From Alphaproteobacteria bacterium (GTDB lineage Bacteria > Pseudomonadota > Alphaproteobacteria > JAAXGF01): a stretch of 64,000 bases of DNA. The notes below the pieces were generated by a model. It was not told where the DNA came from. It saw only the letters and a list, made by a program, of their open reading frames with translations, and did no database searches. Below, piece by piece: positions 10,382 through 21,026 of this stretch. Made by a program: the position numbers and the translations under genes. How positions within the stretch are numbered: position 1 is the first letter of the stretch; every line of letters starts with the position of its first letter. The stretch is taken from positions 1,120,001 to 1,184,000 of the forward strand of contig CAUVXB020000001.1 in the NCBI GenBank assembly GCA_963555825.3, given 5' to 3'.

Positions 10382-11170
10382 TCAGCTGCCGGTCTCGATC
10401 GACTGCCAGTAGTTGACGTTGAGTTCGCTGATGAATTTGTCGTGCACCGAGCCGAGGCATTGGCGCAGGCTCGACATGCCGACGAAGGTCGCGTCGTAGC
10501 AACGCTCGAAGCCCTGGCGCGCCAGCCCGTAGCCGGGCGTGCCGGTGTCGGGCGAGACCTCCTGCCACACCGCCGCGCGCATCGAATCGCTGGTGCGGCC
10601 GCGGGCCGGCAGCGCGTTGATCAGGCTGGCCGTGACCCGCGCCGCGTCAATCTTATCGAAGCCGCGCGTCATGACCTGTTTCGCGAGCGCCGACAGCGGG
10701 CCCGCCGCGAGAGCGATATCGGCTTCGGTGTGCGGCCTGCGGTCGCCCGCGATGGCTTCCGGAACCAAGGTCGCGTTGTCGCCGATGCTCAGCCGCACCG
10801 TCGCCAATTCGAACTCGCGCAAAATGCTCTTCGACACGCTCATGCGGATCGCCGAGTGGCCGCGCTCGGTCGAAACGGTGAGCAGGTCGGCGACGTCGAG
10901 CGCGACGACGGTGCCGTCCTCGCGCACACCCTCGAGGGTCACGGTCGCTGTGTCGTGGATGTAATAGGGTGTGCCCTGATTCGGCGAATTGCGCCGCTGC
11001 TCGAGGCAATAGGACGTGAACTGAGCGCCACACTCGCGATAATCGCAGTTTAATTCGACCGGCCCGGCGCTGGCGATGACGCCGAGGATCTGCGGCGCCG
11101 CCTCGGCCTGCGTCGCGCCGAGCGCGAGAAGGGGTGCCACTGCCAAGCCGTATGCGACTTTTCTGAACAT
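10382..11170 (-). CDS. Secreted hypothetical protein with several Cys residues
   Basis: GAGGTG RBS, signal peptide ending AEA-A, GC3-rich codon usage. Confidence 0.7.
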   Translation of the reverse strand: MFRKVAYGLAVAPLLALGATQAEAAPQILGVIASAGPVELNCDYRECGAQFTSYCLEQRRNSPNQGTPYYIHDTATVTLEGVREDGTVVALDVADLLTVSTERGHSAIRMSVSKSILREFELATVRLSIGDNATLVPEAIAGDRRPHTEADIALAAGPLSALAKQVMTRGFDKIDAARVTASLINALPARGRTSDSMRAAVWQEVSPDTGTPGYGLARQGFERCYDATFVGMSSLRQCLGSVHDKFISELNVNYWQSIETGS

Positions 11171-11385
11171 GCTCGTCACCTCGTCCATTCGATGGCGCAA
11201 TCATACTATCACAAGGCGCCGTTGTCACGCCGAGCCGCGTCGACCAGTTCGCCGTCGCGTCGCGCGCTTTGCGAACGGATCAATCCTCGTTCGTCGTCAT
11301 GTTTCCCGTTTCTGGCCTTACGTCCGTCGCTACCATGGCGGCCCGTAGATCATCGGGTTACCGATCTGGAAAGAACTTCATACGA

Positions 11386-12021
11386 TCATCGGCCGGCCGG
11401 TTTCCACGCCAGCGGCAACACGCAGGCGGCGAGCGCGAGCTTGAGCGCGTCGCCCACGAGGAACGGCGCGACGCCGGCGGCGAACGCCGCCCCGAATGGG
11501 GTCTCCGCTCCCGTGGCCGCGATGTATTCGATGCCCGGCCCCGCGTAGAAGACGGCGAGCCAGGGCACGCCCGGCAGGTAGATGGCAACGTTACCGATCA
11601 TCATGGCGAGCGCTGTCAGCCCCACGTTGCGGTCCCAGCCGCGCTGCGCCAGATAGCCGACGACCGCGGCGGCGGCGACGAAACCGACGATGTATCCGCC
11701 GGTCGGACCGACGATGACCGCGGGACCCCCCGACAGCTTGGCAAACACCGGGATGCCCACGGCCCCTTCGGCCATGTACAACAGAAGCGTCGCCGCCCCG
11801 AGGCGCCATCCGAACGCCATACCGACGACGAGTACGGCGAAGGTTTGCCCGGTGATCGGCACCGGCGAGAACGGCAGCAGCGACACCTGGACCTGGGCCG
11901 ACGCGGCGACGAACGCGCTCCCCAGTAACGCAAGAATCACGGTCCGCAGGCTGATGAATCCCTTCGTCGCCGGCCAAAGCGTACCGATAAGGGTGGCCTG
12001 GGTGGCGGCAAGTGAGGACAT
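11386..12021 (-). CDS. bioY: Biotin transporter BioY
   Basis: PVPITGQTFAV, GPTGGYIVGF, PFLVGDALK. Confidence 0.9.
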   Translation of the reverse strand: MSSLAATQATLIGTLWPATKGFISLRTVILALLGSAFVAASAQVQVSLLPFSPVPITGQTFAVLVVGMAFGWRLGAATLLLYMAEGAVGIPVFAKLSGGPAVIVGPTGGYIVGFVAAAAVVGYLAQRGWDRNVGLTALAMMIGNVAIYLPGVPWLAVFYAGPGIEYIAATGAETPFGAAFAAGVAPFLVGDALKLALAACVLPLAWKPAGR

Positions 12022-12144
12022 CAAGCACACTCCTTCGTCGTTGGCGGCAAATTTTACAGCGGCGCGACGCTATCACAGTCCCGCGCGCGCAGCCATGGAG
12101 TGTCTCCACTGTATCGCACCCGGTTCCTTGGACACAAGTTTGTC

Positions 12145-13056
12145 TCATGCGGCGGGCCTGAGTGACATCGCGGTGTGCCACGCCTGACGAGCTTGAGCGG
12201 GGCTCAGGTAGCCGTTCTTCTCCACGATCCACTGGGCATTGTACTGTTCGACGAACCCGCGGACGGCGTTCCGCAGCTCCGCGATGTTGCGGTAGATGCG
12301 GCCATGGATGATCTGTTCCTTGAGCGTGCGATTGAACCTCTCGGCGACGCCGTTGGTCTGGGGCTGTTCGACGAAGGCGTAGGACGGCTGGATGCCCCAG
12401 AACTTGATCTGGTTGGTGAAGTGGTCCGACAGATACTGGGAGCCGTGATCCATCCGCAAGGCCAGCCCCCGCGCCGCACCGGCGGAGGTCGAGGCATACA
12501 GCCTCGCAAGCCCCATGGAGATCGGCTGAAGGGCGGCGAAGCGGTCGCCTCGCTTGCACACATGCCAGCCGACGCACTCGGCGTTCCAATGCTCGATGGC
12601 GGTGAATATCCAGCCCCAGCCGTCGTCCACCGTGAACACCCGAACGCCGTCCGTGCCCCACATGAGGTTGGGGGCATGGGTGATGATCTCACCGACATGG
12701 GGATTTCCGCCACGGCGGCGGCAGCGATGGGGCGAGAGCAGGTTGTTCTCGCGCATCACCCGGAGCCCCCGCTTGCGGGAAACACGGATGCCACGACAGA
12801 CCCGAAGCCGAGCCCAGACCTTGCGGTGTCCCTCGCCCTCCCAGGGGGATGCCTCCAGGTCGGCCTCGATGGCCACCAGCAGAGCCTCGTCCGAGATCGA
12901 GGGCTTCGGTCCCCGGCGCTTTGCTGGTGGGCGCTCAGCGGTGGCCTGCTGCCGGGATTTCATGGCGTAGAACGAGGAACGGGCAAAACCCCAGGCCGCA
13001 CAGACCCGCTGGAGGCCGTAGGCCAAACCCGTGCCGGGAGAGGTGGCGGCACTCAT
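12145..13056 (-). CDS. DDE (rve integrase-fold) transposase OrfB
   Basis: PNLMWGTD, MDHGSQY, PQTNGVAERFNRTLKE. Confidence 0.92.
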   Translation of the reverse strand: MSAATSPGTGLAYGLQRVCAAWGFARSSFYAMKSRQQATAERPPAKRRGPKPSISDEALLVAIEADLEASPWEGEGHRKVWARLRVCRGIRVSRKRGLRVMRENNLLSPHRCRRRGGNPHVGEIITHAPNLMWGTDGVRVFTVDDGWGWIFTAIEHWNAECVGWHVCKRGDRFAALQPISMGLARLYASTSAGAARGLALRMDHGSQYLSDHFTNQIKFWGIQPSYAFVEQPQTNGVAERFNRTLKEQIIHGRIYRNIAELRNAVRGFVEQYNAQWIVEKNGYLSPAQARQAWHTAMSLRPAA

Positions 13057-13463
13057 CGCCGCGACCTCCGCCGCCCCAAAGGGCCGGACGTCTCCGTCTT
13101 GGCCTCCAGCAGTTCCACCTGCATGATCAACTCCCCGATCCGCTTCATGGCGATGTCCAGTTCCGCCTTCACCGGATCGCCCTTGCGTTCCTTGAGCGAG
13201 GCATCGATCCCGGCGATCGCCTTCTCACGCCACTGCTCGAGCCGGAAAATCTCCACGCCCAACTGCCGCGACAAAAGTTCCACCGGCTCGCCACGCAAAA
13301 GCCGCAGGGCAACCTCACGCTTGCGCGTCACCGTCCACCGCTGGCCAAGTCCCAGCGGGCCTGCCGGCGAAACCTGGCCCGGGGAAAACGTGGACGAGCC
13401 AAGCTCGCCCTCGTTTACCACAGGCCCATCAACAGCAACTTTGTTCTCAAAATTGTCGGTCAT
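13053..13463 (-). CDS. Transposase OrfA (HTH)
   Basis: RWTVTRKREVALRLLRGE; ATGA coupling to OrfB; AGGAGG RBS. Confidence 0.8.
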   Translation of the reverse strand: MTDNFENKVAVDGPVVNEGELGSSTFSPGQVSPAGPLGLGQRWTVTRKREVALRLLRGEPVELLSRQLGVEIFRLEQWREKAIAGIDASLKERKGDPVKAELDIAMKRIGELIMQVELLEAKTETSGPLGRRRSRR

Positions 13464-13629
13464 GTTCCGGTCCTCCTTGGACACTTCGATTAAGCCAATT
13501 CTGTGTCCAAGGAAATCGGGTCCGACTCATGGAGTGTCTCCACGAATGCGCATAAGCTTGCCCCGGCTCCACGCTGAGGGGCAGTCCGGGCCCAGTCGAG
13601 CTACCCGAACAGCCGACGCTCGGTGACCC

Positions 13630-13776
13630 GGGCGGCCGATCCGGCTGGCGACGCTGCGCGCGCTGATCGCCTTCATGCGCGATTTCCCCGATGTCGGGTT
13701 CGCCACGTCGGACGAAATCGCCGGCACCTTCATCGCCCATGAAAGCGGCGGCGACATGGACGCAGCGGTGTCGTAA
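13630..13776 (+). pseudogene. Possible C-terminal remnant of a polysaccharide deacetylase/PuuE-like gene
   Basis: GRPIRLATLRALIAFMRDFPDVGFATSDEIA; no start, in-frame stop just upstream. Confidence 0.4.
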
Positions 13777-13833
13777 TGTGCGGGCAACGCGGCCGCGTCA
13801 CCGCCTTTCGGTCACCAGCACAACGAGTTCGAG

Positions 13834-15003
13834 ATGAAGCCGGATACCACTTTCGTCAAAGCCGGGCGCAAGCCCCACGACCACAACTACGGCGCCGTCA
13901 ACCCGCCGGTCTACCACGTCTCGACGATCCTGCAGCCTACCCTGGCGGCATGGCGCGAATCGCGTGGCCAACAACTCGACCGGGTCGTATACGGCCGGCG
14001 CGGCACGCCGACGACCTTCGCCCTCGACGAGGCGATCGCCGCCGCCGAGGGCGGCGACCGATGTGTCACCGTCGCCTCGGGGCTGGCCGCGGTTACCAAC
14101 GCGCTGACCGCGTTCCTCGAGACCGGCGATCATCTGCTCATGGTCGACACCGCCTATGGCCCGACACGCAAATTCTGCGACACCGTGCTCACCGGCTTCG
14201 GCGTCGAGACGACCTTCTACGATCCGCTCATCGGCGCCGACATCGACGGATTGGTACGCAACAACACCAAGGTGGTGTATCTCGAATCGCCCGGCACCTA
14301 CACCTTCGAGGTACAGGACGTGCCGGCCATCGCCGAGATCGCGCACAACCGCGGCGCGGTGGTGATCCTCGACAACACCTGGGCGTCGCCTTATTTCTTC
14401 AAACCGTTCGAACACGGCGTCGACGTCTCGGTCCAGGCCGTGACGAAATACATCGGCGGCCATTCGGACATCATGTCGGGCGCGCTGACGACCACCGAGG
14501 CGGTGCACGAGAAGGTCCGCGTCATGGCGCATACGCTGGGCGCATGCCCGGGCCCCGACGACTGCTATCTCGCGCAGCGCGGCCTTCGGACGCTCGGCGT
14601 GCGCATGCCGAGGCATCAGTCGAACGCGCTGGCCATCGCGCACTGGCTCGAGGGCCGACCCGAGGTCGAACGCGTCATGCACCCGGCGCTCGAGGGCCAC
14701 CCGGGTCACGACATTTGGGCACGCGACTACTTGGGCTCGAGCGGTCTGTTCGGCGCCGTGTTGAAGCCCTGTTCGGAGACCGCTTTGGCCGCGATGTTCG
14801 ACGGCTTCGAGCATTTCGGCATGGGCGCGTCGTGGGGCGCATACGAAAGCCTGATGATCCCGACCGAACCGTCGGCCGTTCGCACCGCGACGCGCTGGGA
14901 TGTCGCCGGTCAAGCGGTGCGCATCCACGCCGGTCTCGAAGACATCGATGACCTGATCGCCGATCTCGAAGCCGGGCTGGATCGGCTTAGGCGCGCCGAC
15001 TGA
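13834..15003 (+). CDS. metC: Cystathionine beta-lyase
   Basis: VNPPVYH, YGRRGTPT, DNTWASP, AVTKYIGGHSD. Confidence 0.92.
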   Translation: MKPDTTFVKAGRKPHDHNYGAVNPPVYHVSTILQPTLAAWRESRGQQLDRVVYGRRGTPTTFALDEAIAAAEGGDRCVTVASGLAAVTNALTAFLETGDHLLMVDTAYGPTRKFCDTVLTGFGVETTFYDPLIGADIDGLVRNNTKVVYLESPGTYTFEVQDVPAIAEIAHNRGAVVILDNTWASPYFFKPFEHGVDVSVQAVTKYIGGHSDIMSGALTTTEAVHEKVRVMAHTLGACPGPDDCYLAQRGLRTLGVRMPRHQSNALAIAHWLEGRPEVERVMHPALEGHPGHDIWARDYLGSSGLFGAVLKPCSETALAAMFDGFEHFGMGASWGAYESLMIPTEPSAVRTATRWDVAGQAVRIHAGLEDIDDLIADLEAGLDRLRRAD

Positions 15004-15784
15004 TACCGCGGGCGGCGAGCGTCACGAGCGCGAACAAGGCCATCGCCGCGACCACGATCGACGCGCCGGCCGGCGTGTCCCAGGCGAGCGACCCGCCGAG
15101 GCCGGCGATGACCGCGACGGCGCCGATCGCGCTGGCCCACAGCGCCATCTGCTCGGGTGTCTTGGCGAGCCAGCGCGCCGCGGCGGCGGGAACGATCAGC
15201 AACGAGGTTACCAGCAGAATGCCGACCACCTTGAGTCCGACCGCGATGACGACGGCGAGCAGCAGCATGAAGGCGAGGCGCACGGCGCCGATGCGCACGC
15301 CTTCGACCTCGGCGAGTTCCTCGTGCACCGTCGCCGCCAGGAGCGGCCGCCAGATCACCGCCAGCGCGATCAGCACGATCGCGCCGCCGCCGTAAATCCA
15401 CGCCAGATCGTGGCTGGTCACGGCCAGCACGTCGCCGAACAGATAGCTCATTAGGTCGACGCGCAGCGTCTCGACGAAGGCGAGCACGACCAACCCGACC
15501 GCGAGCGCGCCATGCGCCAGAATGCCCAGCAGCGTGTCGGTGGCAAGCGCCTGCTGGCGCTGCAACGCGACGAGCAGAAGCGCGAGCGCGATGCAGACGG
15601 CGATCACCGCGAGGTTGAGGTCGACCGCCAAGAGGAAGCCGAGCGCCACGCCGAGCAGCGCCGAATGCGCCATCGCGGCGCCGAAATAGGCCATGCGCCG
15701 CCACACCACGAAAGCGCCCAGCGGGCCGGCGACGAGGGCGACACCGACGCCGCCGACCAGTGCGCGGATGAAGAAATCATCCAT
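14987..15784 (-). CDS. znuB: Zinc ABC transporter permease
   Basis: [16 protein letters not shown]; context. Confidence 0.9.
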   Translation of the reverse strand: MDDFFIRALVGGVGVALVAGPLGAFVVWRRMAYFGAAMAHSALLGVALGFLLAVDLNLAVIAVCIALALLLVALQRQQALATDTLLGILAHGALAVGLVVLAFVETLRVDLMSYLFGDVLAVTSHDLAWIYGGGAIVLIALAVIWRPLLAATVHEELAEVEGVRIGAVRLAFMLLLAVVIAVGLKVVGILLVTSLLIVPAAAARWLAKTPEQMALWASAIGAVAVIAGLGGSLAWDTPAGASIVVAAMALFALVTLAARGISRRA

Positions 15785-16595
15785 GGCCGTGGTGCTCCGC
15801 GGGCGGCGTCGCGTCGTCGCTCGACAGCGGCACGATCCCGCCGCTCGCGTCGTGGCTGTGATCGTGATGATGGGTGTAGACCGCGAGGCCACGCTCGGCG
15901 AGCGGGCCGAACAGGGCGAGGTAGGCCGGGTGCCGGGTCACCGTCTCGGGGTGGCCGGTGCAGCAGACGTGGTGGTTGAGGCAGACCACGGTGTCGGTCG
16001 CCGCCATCACCAGATGCAGATCGTGCGACACCATAAGAACGCCGCAACCGCGGTCGTCCCGGATGCGCCCGATCAGCGCGTACAGCTCGCCCTGCCCGGC
16101 GATGTCGACGCCGGCGACCGGCTCGTCGAGGACCAGCAGGTCGGGTTCGCGAAGCAGCGCGCGGGCGAGCAGCACGCGCCGCATCTCGCCGCCCGAGACG
16201 CGTTGGATCGGGTGGTCGGCGAGCGCAGCGGCGCCGACTTCGTCGAGTACCGCGGCGATTGCAGCGCGCCGGCGGCCGCGCGGCGTGTCGGCGCCCAACG
16301 CGAGAAAACGGCCGACGGTCAGCGGCAGCGACGGATCGACGACCAAGACCTGGGGCATGTAACCGATGCGCAACCCGTCGCGGCGGCGGATCGTGCCGCT
16401 GTCGGGCGCGATCAGACCGAGCAGAACGCGGACCAAGGTCGACTTGCCCGATCCGTTGGGACCGATCAGCGTGACGATCTCGCCGCACCGGACGGTCAGC
16501 TCGACCTCGGAGAGAATGCTGTCACCGCCGAGGTCGAATGTGACGCCGGTCGCCTCGGCGAGGATTTCGGCGGCGCCGCCAGAGTCAGCCGGCAT
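15777..16595 (-). CDS. znuC: Zinc ABC transporter ATP-binding protein
   Basis: [20 protein letters not shown], His-rich tail. Confidence 0.9.
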   Translation of the reverse strand: MPADSGGAAEILAEATGVTFDLGGDSILSEVELTVRCGEIVTLIGPNGSGKSTLVRVLLGLIAPDSGTIRRRDGLRIGYMPQVLVVDPSLPLTVGRFLALGADTPRGRRRAAIAAVLDEVGAAALADHPIQRVSGGEMRRVLLARALLREPDLLVLDEPVAGVDIAGQGELYALIGRIRDDRGCGVLMVSHDLHLVMAATDTVVCLNHHVCCTGHPETVTRHPAYLALFGPLAERGLAVYTHHHDHSHDASGGIVPLSSDDATPPAEHHGHG

Positions 16596-17106
16596 GGCTC
16601 TCGGCCCCCTCGCCGTCCTGGCAGTTCGGGCACCGCCCGGCAATCTCGATTGTCTGCCGCTCGACACGGAAGCCGACCTCGCCGGCGCTCGCCTCGACCG
16701 CACCGCCGATCCGCCGGTCGTCGACTTCGGCGGCAACGCCGCAGCCGGTACAGATCAGGAAATGGCCGCTGTGCGGTTTGCCCGGCGTCGGGCAGCCGAC
16801 CACGGCGTTGAGTGATTCGATGCGGTGAACGAGCCCGTGGGCGAGCAGGAAATCAAGCGCCCGGTAGACCGTCGGCGGCGCCGCCGAGCGGCCTTTTTGT
16901 TGCAGTGTCTCGAGGATCGAATAGGCGCCGCGCGGCGCATGGCTGCGCCACACCAGCTCGAGAATGCGGCGGCGCAGGTCGGTCAGCCGCGCGCCGCGCC
17001 GTTCGCACAGCTCGGCCGCCGCGGCGACCGCCTCGGTTATGCAGCGGTCGTGATCATGATCGGCCGCCTCGAAGGGGGCGCGGGCATGGGTCGTCGTGTC
17101 GGGCAT
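16585..17106 (-). CDS. zur: Zinc uptake regulator (Fur family)
   Basis: [17 protein letters not shown], CxxC motifs; znu context. Confidence 0.88.
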   Translation of the reverse strand: MPDTTTHARAPFEAADHDHDRCITEAVAAAAELCERRGARLTDLRRRILELVWRSHAPRGAYSILETLQQKGRSAAPPTVYRALDFLLAHGLVHRIESLNAVVGCPTPGKPHSGHFLICTGCGVAAEVDDRRIGGAVEASAGEVGFRVERQTIEIAGRCPNCQDGEGAESHAG

Positions 17107-17136
17107 CGCGGATCCTCTGCAGGCTTGACGCAGTAT

Positions 17137-17151
17137 TGTTATGATATAACA
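17137..17151. promoter_or_regulatory. Zur box in the divergent zur/znuA promoter
   Basis: TGTTATGATATAACA, matching the TGTTATAnTATAACA palindrome. Confidence 0.85.
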
Positions 17152-17162
17152 TCCGCCTCACA

Positions 17163-18125
17163 ATGCAAATGCGACTCTTTATGAATAGGAAGTCGCGGGT
17201 CCCCGGACACGCGCGCCATTTTCTCATCAGCCTGTCGGCCTGGCTGTTGCTCGGCGGCACTGCGGCGTCGGCCGATCCGCCGAACGTGGTCGTCAGCATC
17301 AAGCCGATCGAGGCGATCGTTGGCGCGGTGATGCGCGGCGTCGGCACGCCATATTTGATTATCCGCGGCAGCGGCTCGCCGCATAGCTATCCTCTGCGGC
17401 CTTCCGACGCGCGGGCACTGAGCAACGCCGATGTGATCTTCCGTGTCGGCCCGGACCTCGATGTGTTTCTCGAAAAGCCGCTTGCCGCGATCGCCACCAA
17501 GGCAACCATCGTGACCTCGATCGACGTCGAGGGATTGACGCTCTGGCCGCTGCGAACGAGCGGCCATTGGAAGGACCACGGCGCAACACACGGCGCCATC
17601 GACAGCCACGTTTGGCTCGATCCGACCAACGCGGCGGCCATGGCCCGCGCGGCGGCCGAGGCGCTCGGCGCAATCGACTCGACCAACGCAGCGATTTATC
17701 GCGCCAACGCCACGCAGTTCGGCACCGACCTCGACGCCCTCGACGCCGAGCTGCGCGGCATTCTGGCGCCGGTCCGCGAGCTGCCCTATGTCGTCTTCCA
17801 CGATGCCTACCAATATTTCGAGCGCGCCTACAGCTTGAACGCCGTCGGCGCCGTCACGATCAGCCCCGAGCGTGCGCCGGGCGCCCGGCGGATCACGGAA
17901 ATCAGGGCGGTCATAACCGGCCTCGACGCGCGCTGCCTGTTCAGCGAGCCGCAGTTCGAACCCGCCATCGCGGCCACCATCGTCGAGGACACGGGCGCGC
18001 GAACCGGCGTTCTCGATCCGCTCGGCGCGGCGGTCGCGTCGGGCCCCGACGGCTATCTCGCGCTCCTGCGCGGCCTGGCGCGCGCGTTGGTCGACTGCCT
18101 TGCCGCCCCCGACAAGCTTGATTGA
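17163..18125 (+). CDS. znuA: Zinc ABC transporter substrate-binding protein (start may be 17181)
   Basis: SPHSYPLRPSD, DSHVWLDP, VFHDAYQYF, LDPLG. Confidence 0.9.
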   Translation: MQMRLFMNRKSRVPGHARHFLISLSAWLLLGGTAASADPPNVVVSIKPIEAIVGAVMRGVGTPYLIIRGSGSPHSYPLRPSDARALSNADVIFRVGPDLDVFLEKPLAAIATKATIVTSIDVEGLTLWPLRTSGHWKDHGATHGAIDSHVWLDPTNAAAMARAAAEALGAIDSTNAAIYRANATQFGTDLDALDAELRGILAPVRELPYVVFHDAYQYFERAYSLNAVGAVTISPERAPGARRITEIRAVITGLDARCLFSEPQFEPAIAATIVEDTGARTGVLDPLGAAVASGPDGYLALLRGLARALVDCLAAPDKLD

Positions 18126-18176
18126 ACGACGGCGCCTCCCCACATTTTAAGCCAACCAAGCGGGCGGGGAAGTGAC

Positions 18177-18913
18177 ATGTCGGATATCGCGAGCAACGAC
18201 GGCTGGTCCGAAGCGGACTCCGAAAACTTTATCGACTACGGCCGCTACTACGTGCCCGAGCGCGAACAGCAGATCGAGACGATCTGCAGTCTGATCCCCG
18301 ACACACCGCCGCCGTCGCATGTCGTCGAGTTGTGCTGTGGCGAAGGCCTGTTGAGCCACGCGCTGCTCGAGCGTCTGCCGAACGCGACGGTCCACGCCTT
18401 TGACGGCTCGCCCAAATGTTGGCGCATACGCGCACGCGGTTGGCGCAATTCGGCGATCGCTTCGACACCACCCAATTCGACCTCGCCGCCAGCGACTGGC
18501 GCGCCTTTCCCTGGCCCTTGACCGGTGTCGTTTCGTCGCTCGCCATCCACCATCTCGACGGACCGGGCAAGGCGGCGCTGTTCGCCGATGTCGCGCGCGC
18601 GCTTGCGCCCGGCGGCGTCTTCGTCGTCGCCGACCTGATCGAGCCGACCAGCGAGGCCGGCCGGCGTGTCGCCGCCAAGGCGTGGGACGACGCGGTGCGC
18701 CGGCGCGCGCTCGAACTCGACGGCGACCTCGCCGCCTTCGAGGCGTTCCAGGCGGACGACTGGAACCACTATTCGGCGCCCGAGCCCGACCCGGTCGACA
18801 TGCCGTCGCCGTTGAAGAGCCAGCTCGACTGGATGGCGGCAGCGGGGCTTGGCGACATCGACGTCCACTACCTCAAGGCCGGCCACGCCATCTTCAGCGG
18901 CCGCAAAGCTTAG
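18177..18913 (+). pseudogene. Class I SAM-dependent methyltransferase with a frameshift near 18414
   Basis: VELCCGEG...FDGSP in one frame continues as MLAH...SSLAIHHL in the other; CCCAAATG looks one A short. Confidence 0.8.
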
Positions 18914-18943
18914 GTCGGCCAGTGTCCAGAGGCGCCGCGCCGC

Positions 18944-19732
18944 TTAGGCGGCGTCGCCAGCGCGCAGGCAGTCTTCGTCGAGCGGCGTCACCGGGGTCAG
19001 ATCGCGGTGGTGTTGATACTCGGGTCGGGTCTCGTTGGTCAGTGCGTTCGACACCGGGTTGACGATTAGCGAGAAGATGCGCCGCGGCCACGGCGACATG
19101 TTCGACGGCGAGCCGTGTACCAGGCAATCGCCGAAGATCAGTGCGGTGCCGGGCGGCCCCTTGGCAGCGACCAGCCCGCCTTCCGAAACCAGCCGGGCCA
19201 CCGTTTCGTTATCGACGCACCACAACGGATAACTCGTCGTCACGGCGTCGAGCGTGGCCGGCTGCGGCCCGTGCCTGTGCGAGCCACGGATGAAGACCAG
19301 CGGGCCGTTGAACTCGCCGACCTCATCGAGGAAGACGTGGAGATTAAGCGCCAGCGGCTTGGGCACACCGTCCTCGCCGCGGTGCGTCGCGAAGTCATAG
19401 TGCCACTGCCAGACCTCGCCTGAAAACGCCTCCTTGGCATTGACCTTTACCTGCTGGATGTAGACCGGCTCGCCGAGGATCTGCAGCGCCGGCCCGATCA
19501 GACGCGGGTGGCGCACGAGACGGGCGTAGACCTCGTTGCGTTGGTGCAGGCCCATCGCCGTGCGCACCTTGCCGCTTGCCTTCTCACGGAAGTTCTCGGG
19601 CCGGCGTTGGGCGAACAGGTCGCCGAGCTCATCGCGCAGCAGCGCCACCTCTTCGGCCGTAAACAGTTCGGGAAGGATGAGAAAGCCGTCTTCCGCGAAG
19701 CGCCCGAGTTGTTCACCACTGAGTTCCATCAT
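18944..19732 (-). CDS. PhyH-family Fe(II)/2OG dioxygenase (ectoine hydroxylase-like)
   Basis: WQWHYDF..EDG, LVHGSPSN..R. Confidence 0.85.
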   Translation of the reverse strand: MMELSGEQLGRFAEDGFLILPELFTAEEVALLRDELGDLFAQRRPENFREKASGKVRTAMGLHQRNEVYARLVRHPRLIGPALQILGEPVYIQQVKVNAKEAFSGEVWQWHYDFATHRGEDGVPKPLALNLHVFLDEVGEFNGPLVFIRGSHRHGPQPATLDAVTTSYPLWCVDNETVARLVSEGGLVAAKGPPGTALIFGDCLVHGSPSNMSPWPRRIFSLIVNPVSNALTNETRPEYQHHRDLTPVTPLDEDCLRAGDAA

Positions 19733-19925
19733 CGCCCCCGCCGCACTCCGGCATCCGGTTCCGCCGACCATGTTGCCGCCAGTCCGGCAATGTCAAGCGC
19801 GGGCACGCTCGCAGACGGGTATGGCGACGATACGGCGCAAAATGGCTTCGCGATCGGCATCGGCGGTGCCACAATGGTCCGGCTTGGCAGCGGACATTGG
19901 GCAACGGCGGAGACGGGGGTACGGC

Positions 19926-20960
19926 GTGCAGTTCAGTCTTTTTATCTCATGCTACTATCCAGACACCGGCTATCCGGCCGAGCGGCTCTACGCCGACATG
20001 CTCGAGCAGGCGGTATTGGCCGAGGAGCTCGGCTTCAGCGGCCTGACCGTGCCCGAGCACCACTTCATCAACATCCTGATGAACCCCGGCCCCCTGCTGC
20101 TCGCCCTCAAGATCGCCGACGCGACCAAGAGAATTCCGATCCGCATCGCCGTGCTGGTGCTGCCCTTCCTCGACATGAAACGCCTGGCCGGCGAGATCGC
20201 GCTGACCGACTGTCTGACCGGCGGCCGGCTCGAGATCGGCGTCGGGCGCGGCGCCTTCGCCTATGAGTTCAAGCGCTTCGGCGTGTCGGTCGAGGACAGC
20301 CGGGCGCATTTCGATGAATCGCTGGCCGTGCTCGAGGCCCTGCTGGGCCGCGAGGAAGTGAGCTGGGACGGCGCCTACTACACGTTCGACACCCTGACGA
20401 CCATGCCGCGGCCGCTGCAACGCCCGAGCCCGCCGATCTGGATCGCGGCGCTGGCGCCGCCGGCGATCTATCACTCCGCGCTCAAGGGCTATCACATCAT
20501 GACGACGCCGCTCAGCGCGAGCGCCGAGACCATGCGCGAACAGGTCGAGGCGTTCAGCAAGGCTGCCGGCGAGCTCGAGGCGAAGGGTTCCGCCGTCCCT
20601 GGCTTCTCGCTGCTGCGCGTCGGCCGCGTCGCGCGCGACGCGGCCGACGCGCGGGCGAAGCAGCGCCTGGCGTACAGCTATTTCGAGCGCTTCTACAACG
20701 TTCGTACGCTGCGCGGCGAGGTCCGCGGCGGCGCCATCGAGCCGATCGAGCTCGAGGAAACCGTCGACGAGATGGCCGCCGCGCTGCTCGTCGGCACCAC
20801 CGACGACGTCATCGCCAAGCTCGAAACCTACGCGGCGCTCGGCATTCCCGAGATCAACCTCAACATGAACATCGGCGCGAGCCACCGTGAGACGATGGCC
20901 GCGATGGAACGCTTCGCGGCCGAAGTCATGCCGCATTTCGCCGCCGACCGCGCCGCCTGA
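19926..20960 (+). CDS. Luciferase-like (LLM) flavin-dependent monooxygenase
   Basis: AEELGF..VPEHHF, GRLEIGVGRG, FAAEVMP. Confidence 0.88.
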   Translation: MQFSLFISCYYPDTGYPAERLYADMLEQAVLAEELGFSGLTVPEHHFINILMNPGPLLLALKIADATKRIPIRIAVLVLPFLDMKRLAGEIALTDCLTGGRLEIGVGRGAFAYEFKRFGVSVEDSRAHFDESLAVLEALLGREEVSWDGAYYTFDTLTTMPRPLQRPSPPIWIAALAPPAIYHSALKGYHIMTTPLSASAETMREQVEAFSKAAGELEAKGSAVPGFSLLRVGRVARDAADARAKQRLAYSYFERFYNVRTLRGEVRGGAIEPIELEETVDEMAAALLVGTTDDVIAKLETYAALGIPEINLNMNIGASHRETMAAMERFAAEVMPHFAADRAA

Positions 20961-21026
20961 GTCGGCCGGCGGCAATCCGCCGACGCAACGAAACAACACC
21001 CCATCACCTCGCAAATCATCTCTTAA

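Larger units (their letters stand above)
12110..13529 (-). mobile_element. IS3/IS481-like insertion sequence with two ORFs
   Basis: TG...CA ends; TIRs TGTATCGCACCCGGTTCCTTGGACAC / GTGTCCAAGGAAATCGGGTCCGACTCA; flanked by direct repeat TGGAGTGTCTCCAC. Confidence 0.88.

Noticed and set aside
17161-17182. Mur/Irr-like box (AATGCAAATGCGACTC)
   Set aside because: Not palindromic and overlaps the possible znuA start; the adjacent Zur box explains regulation
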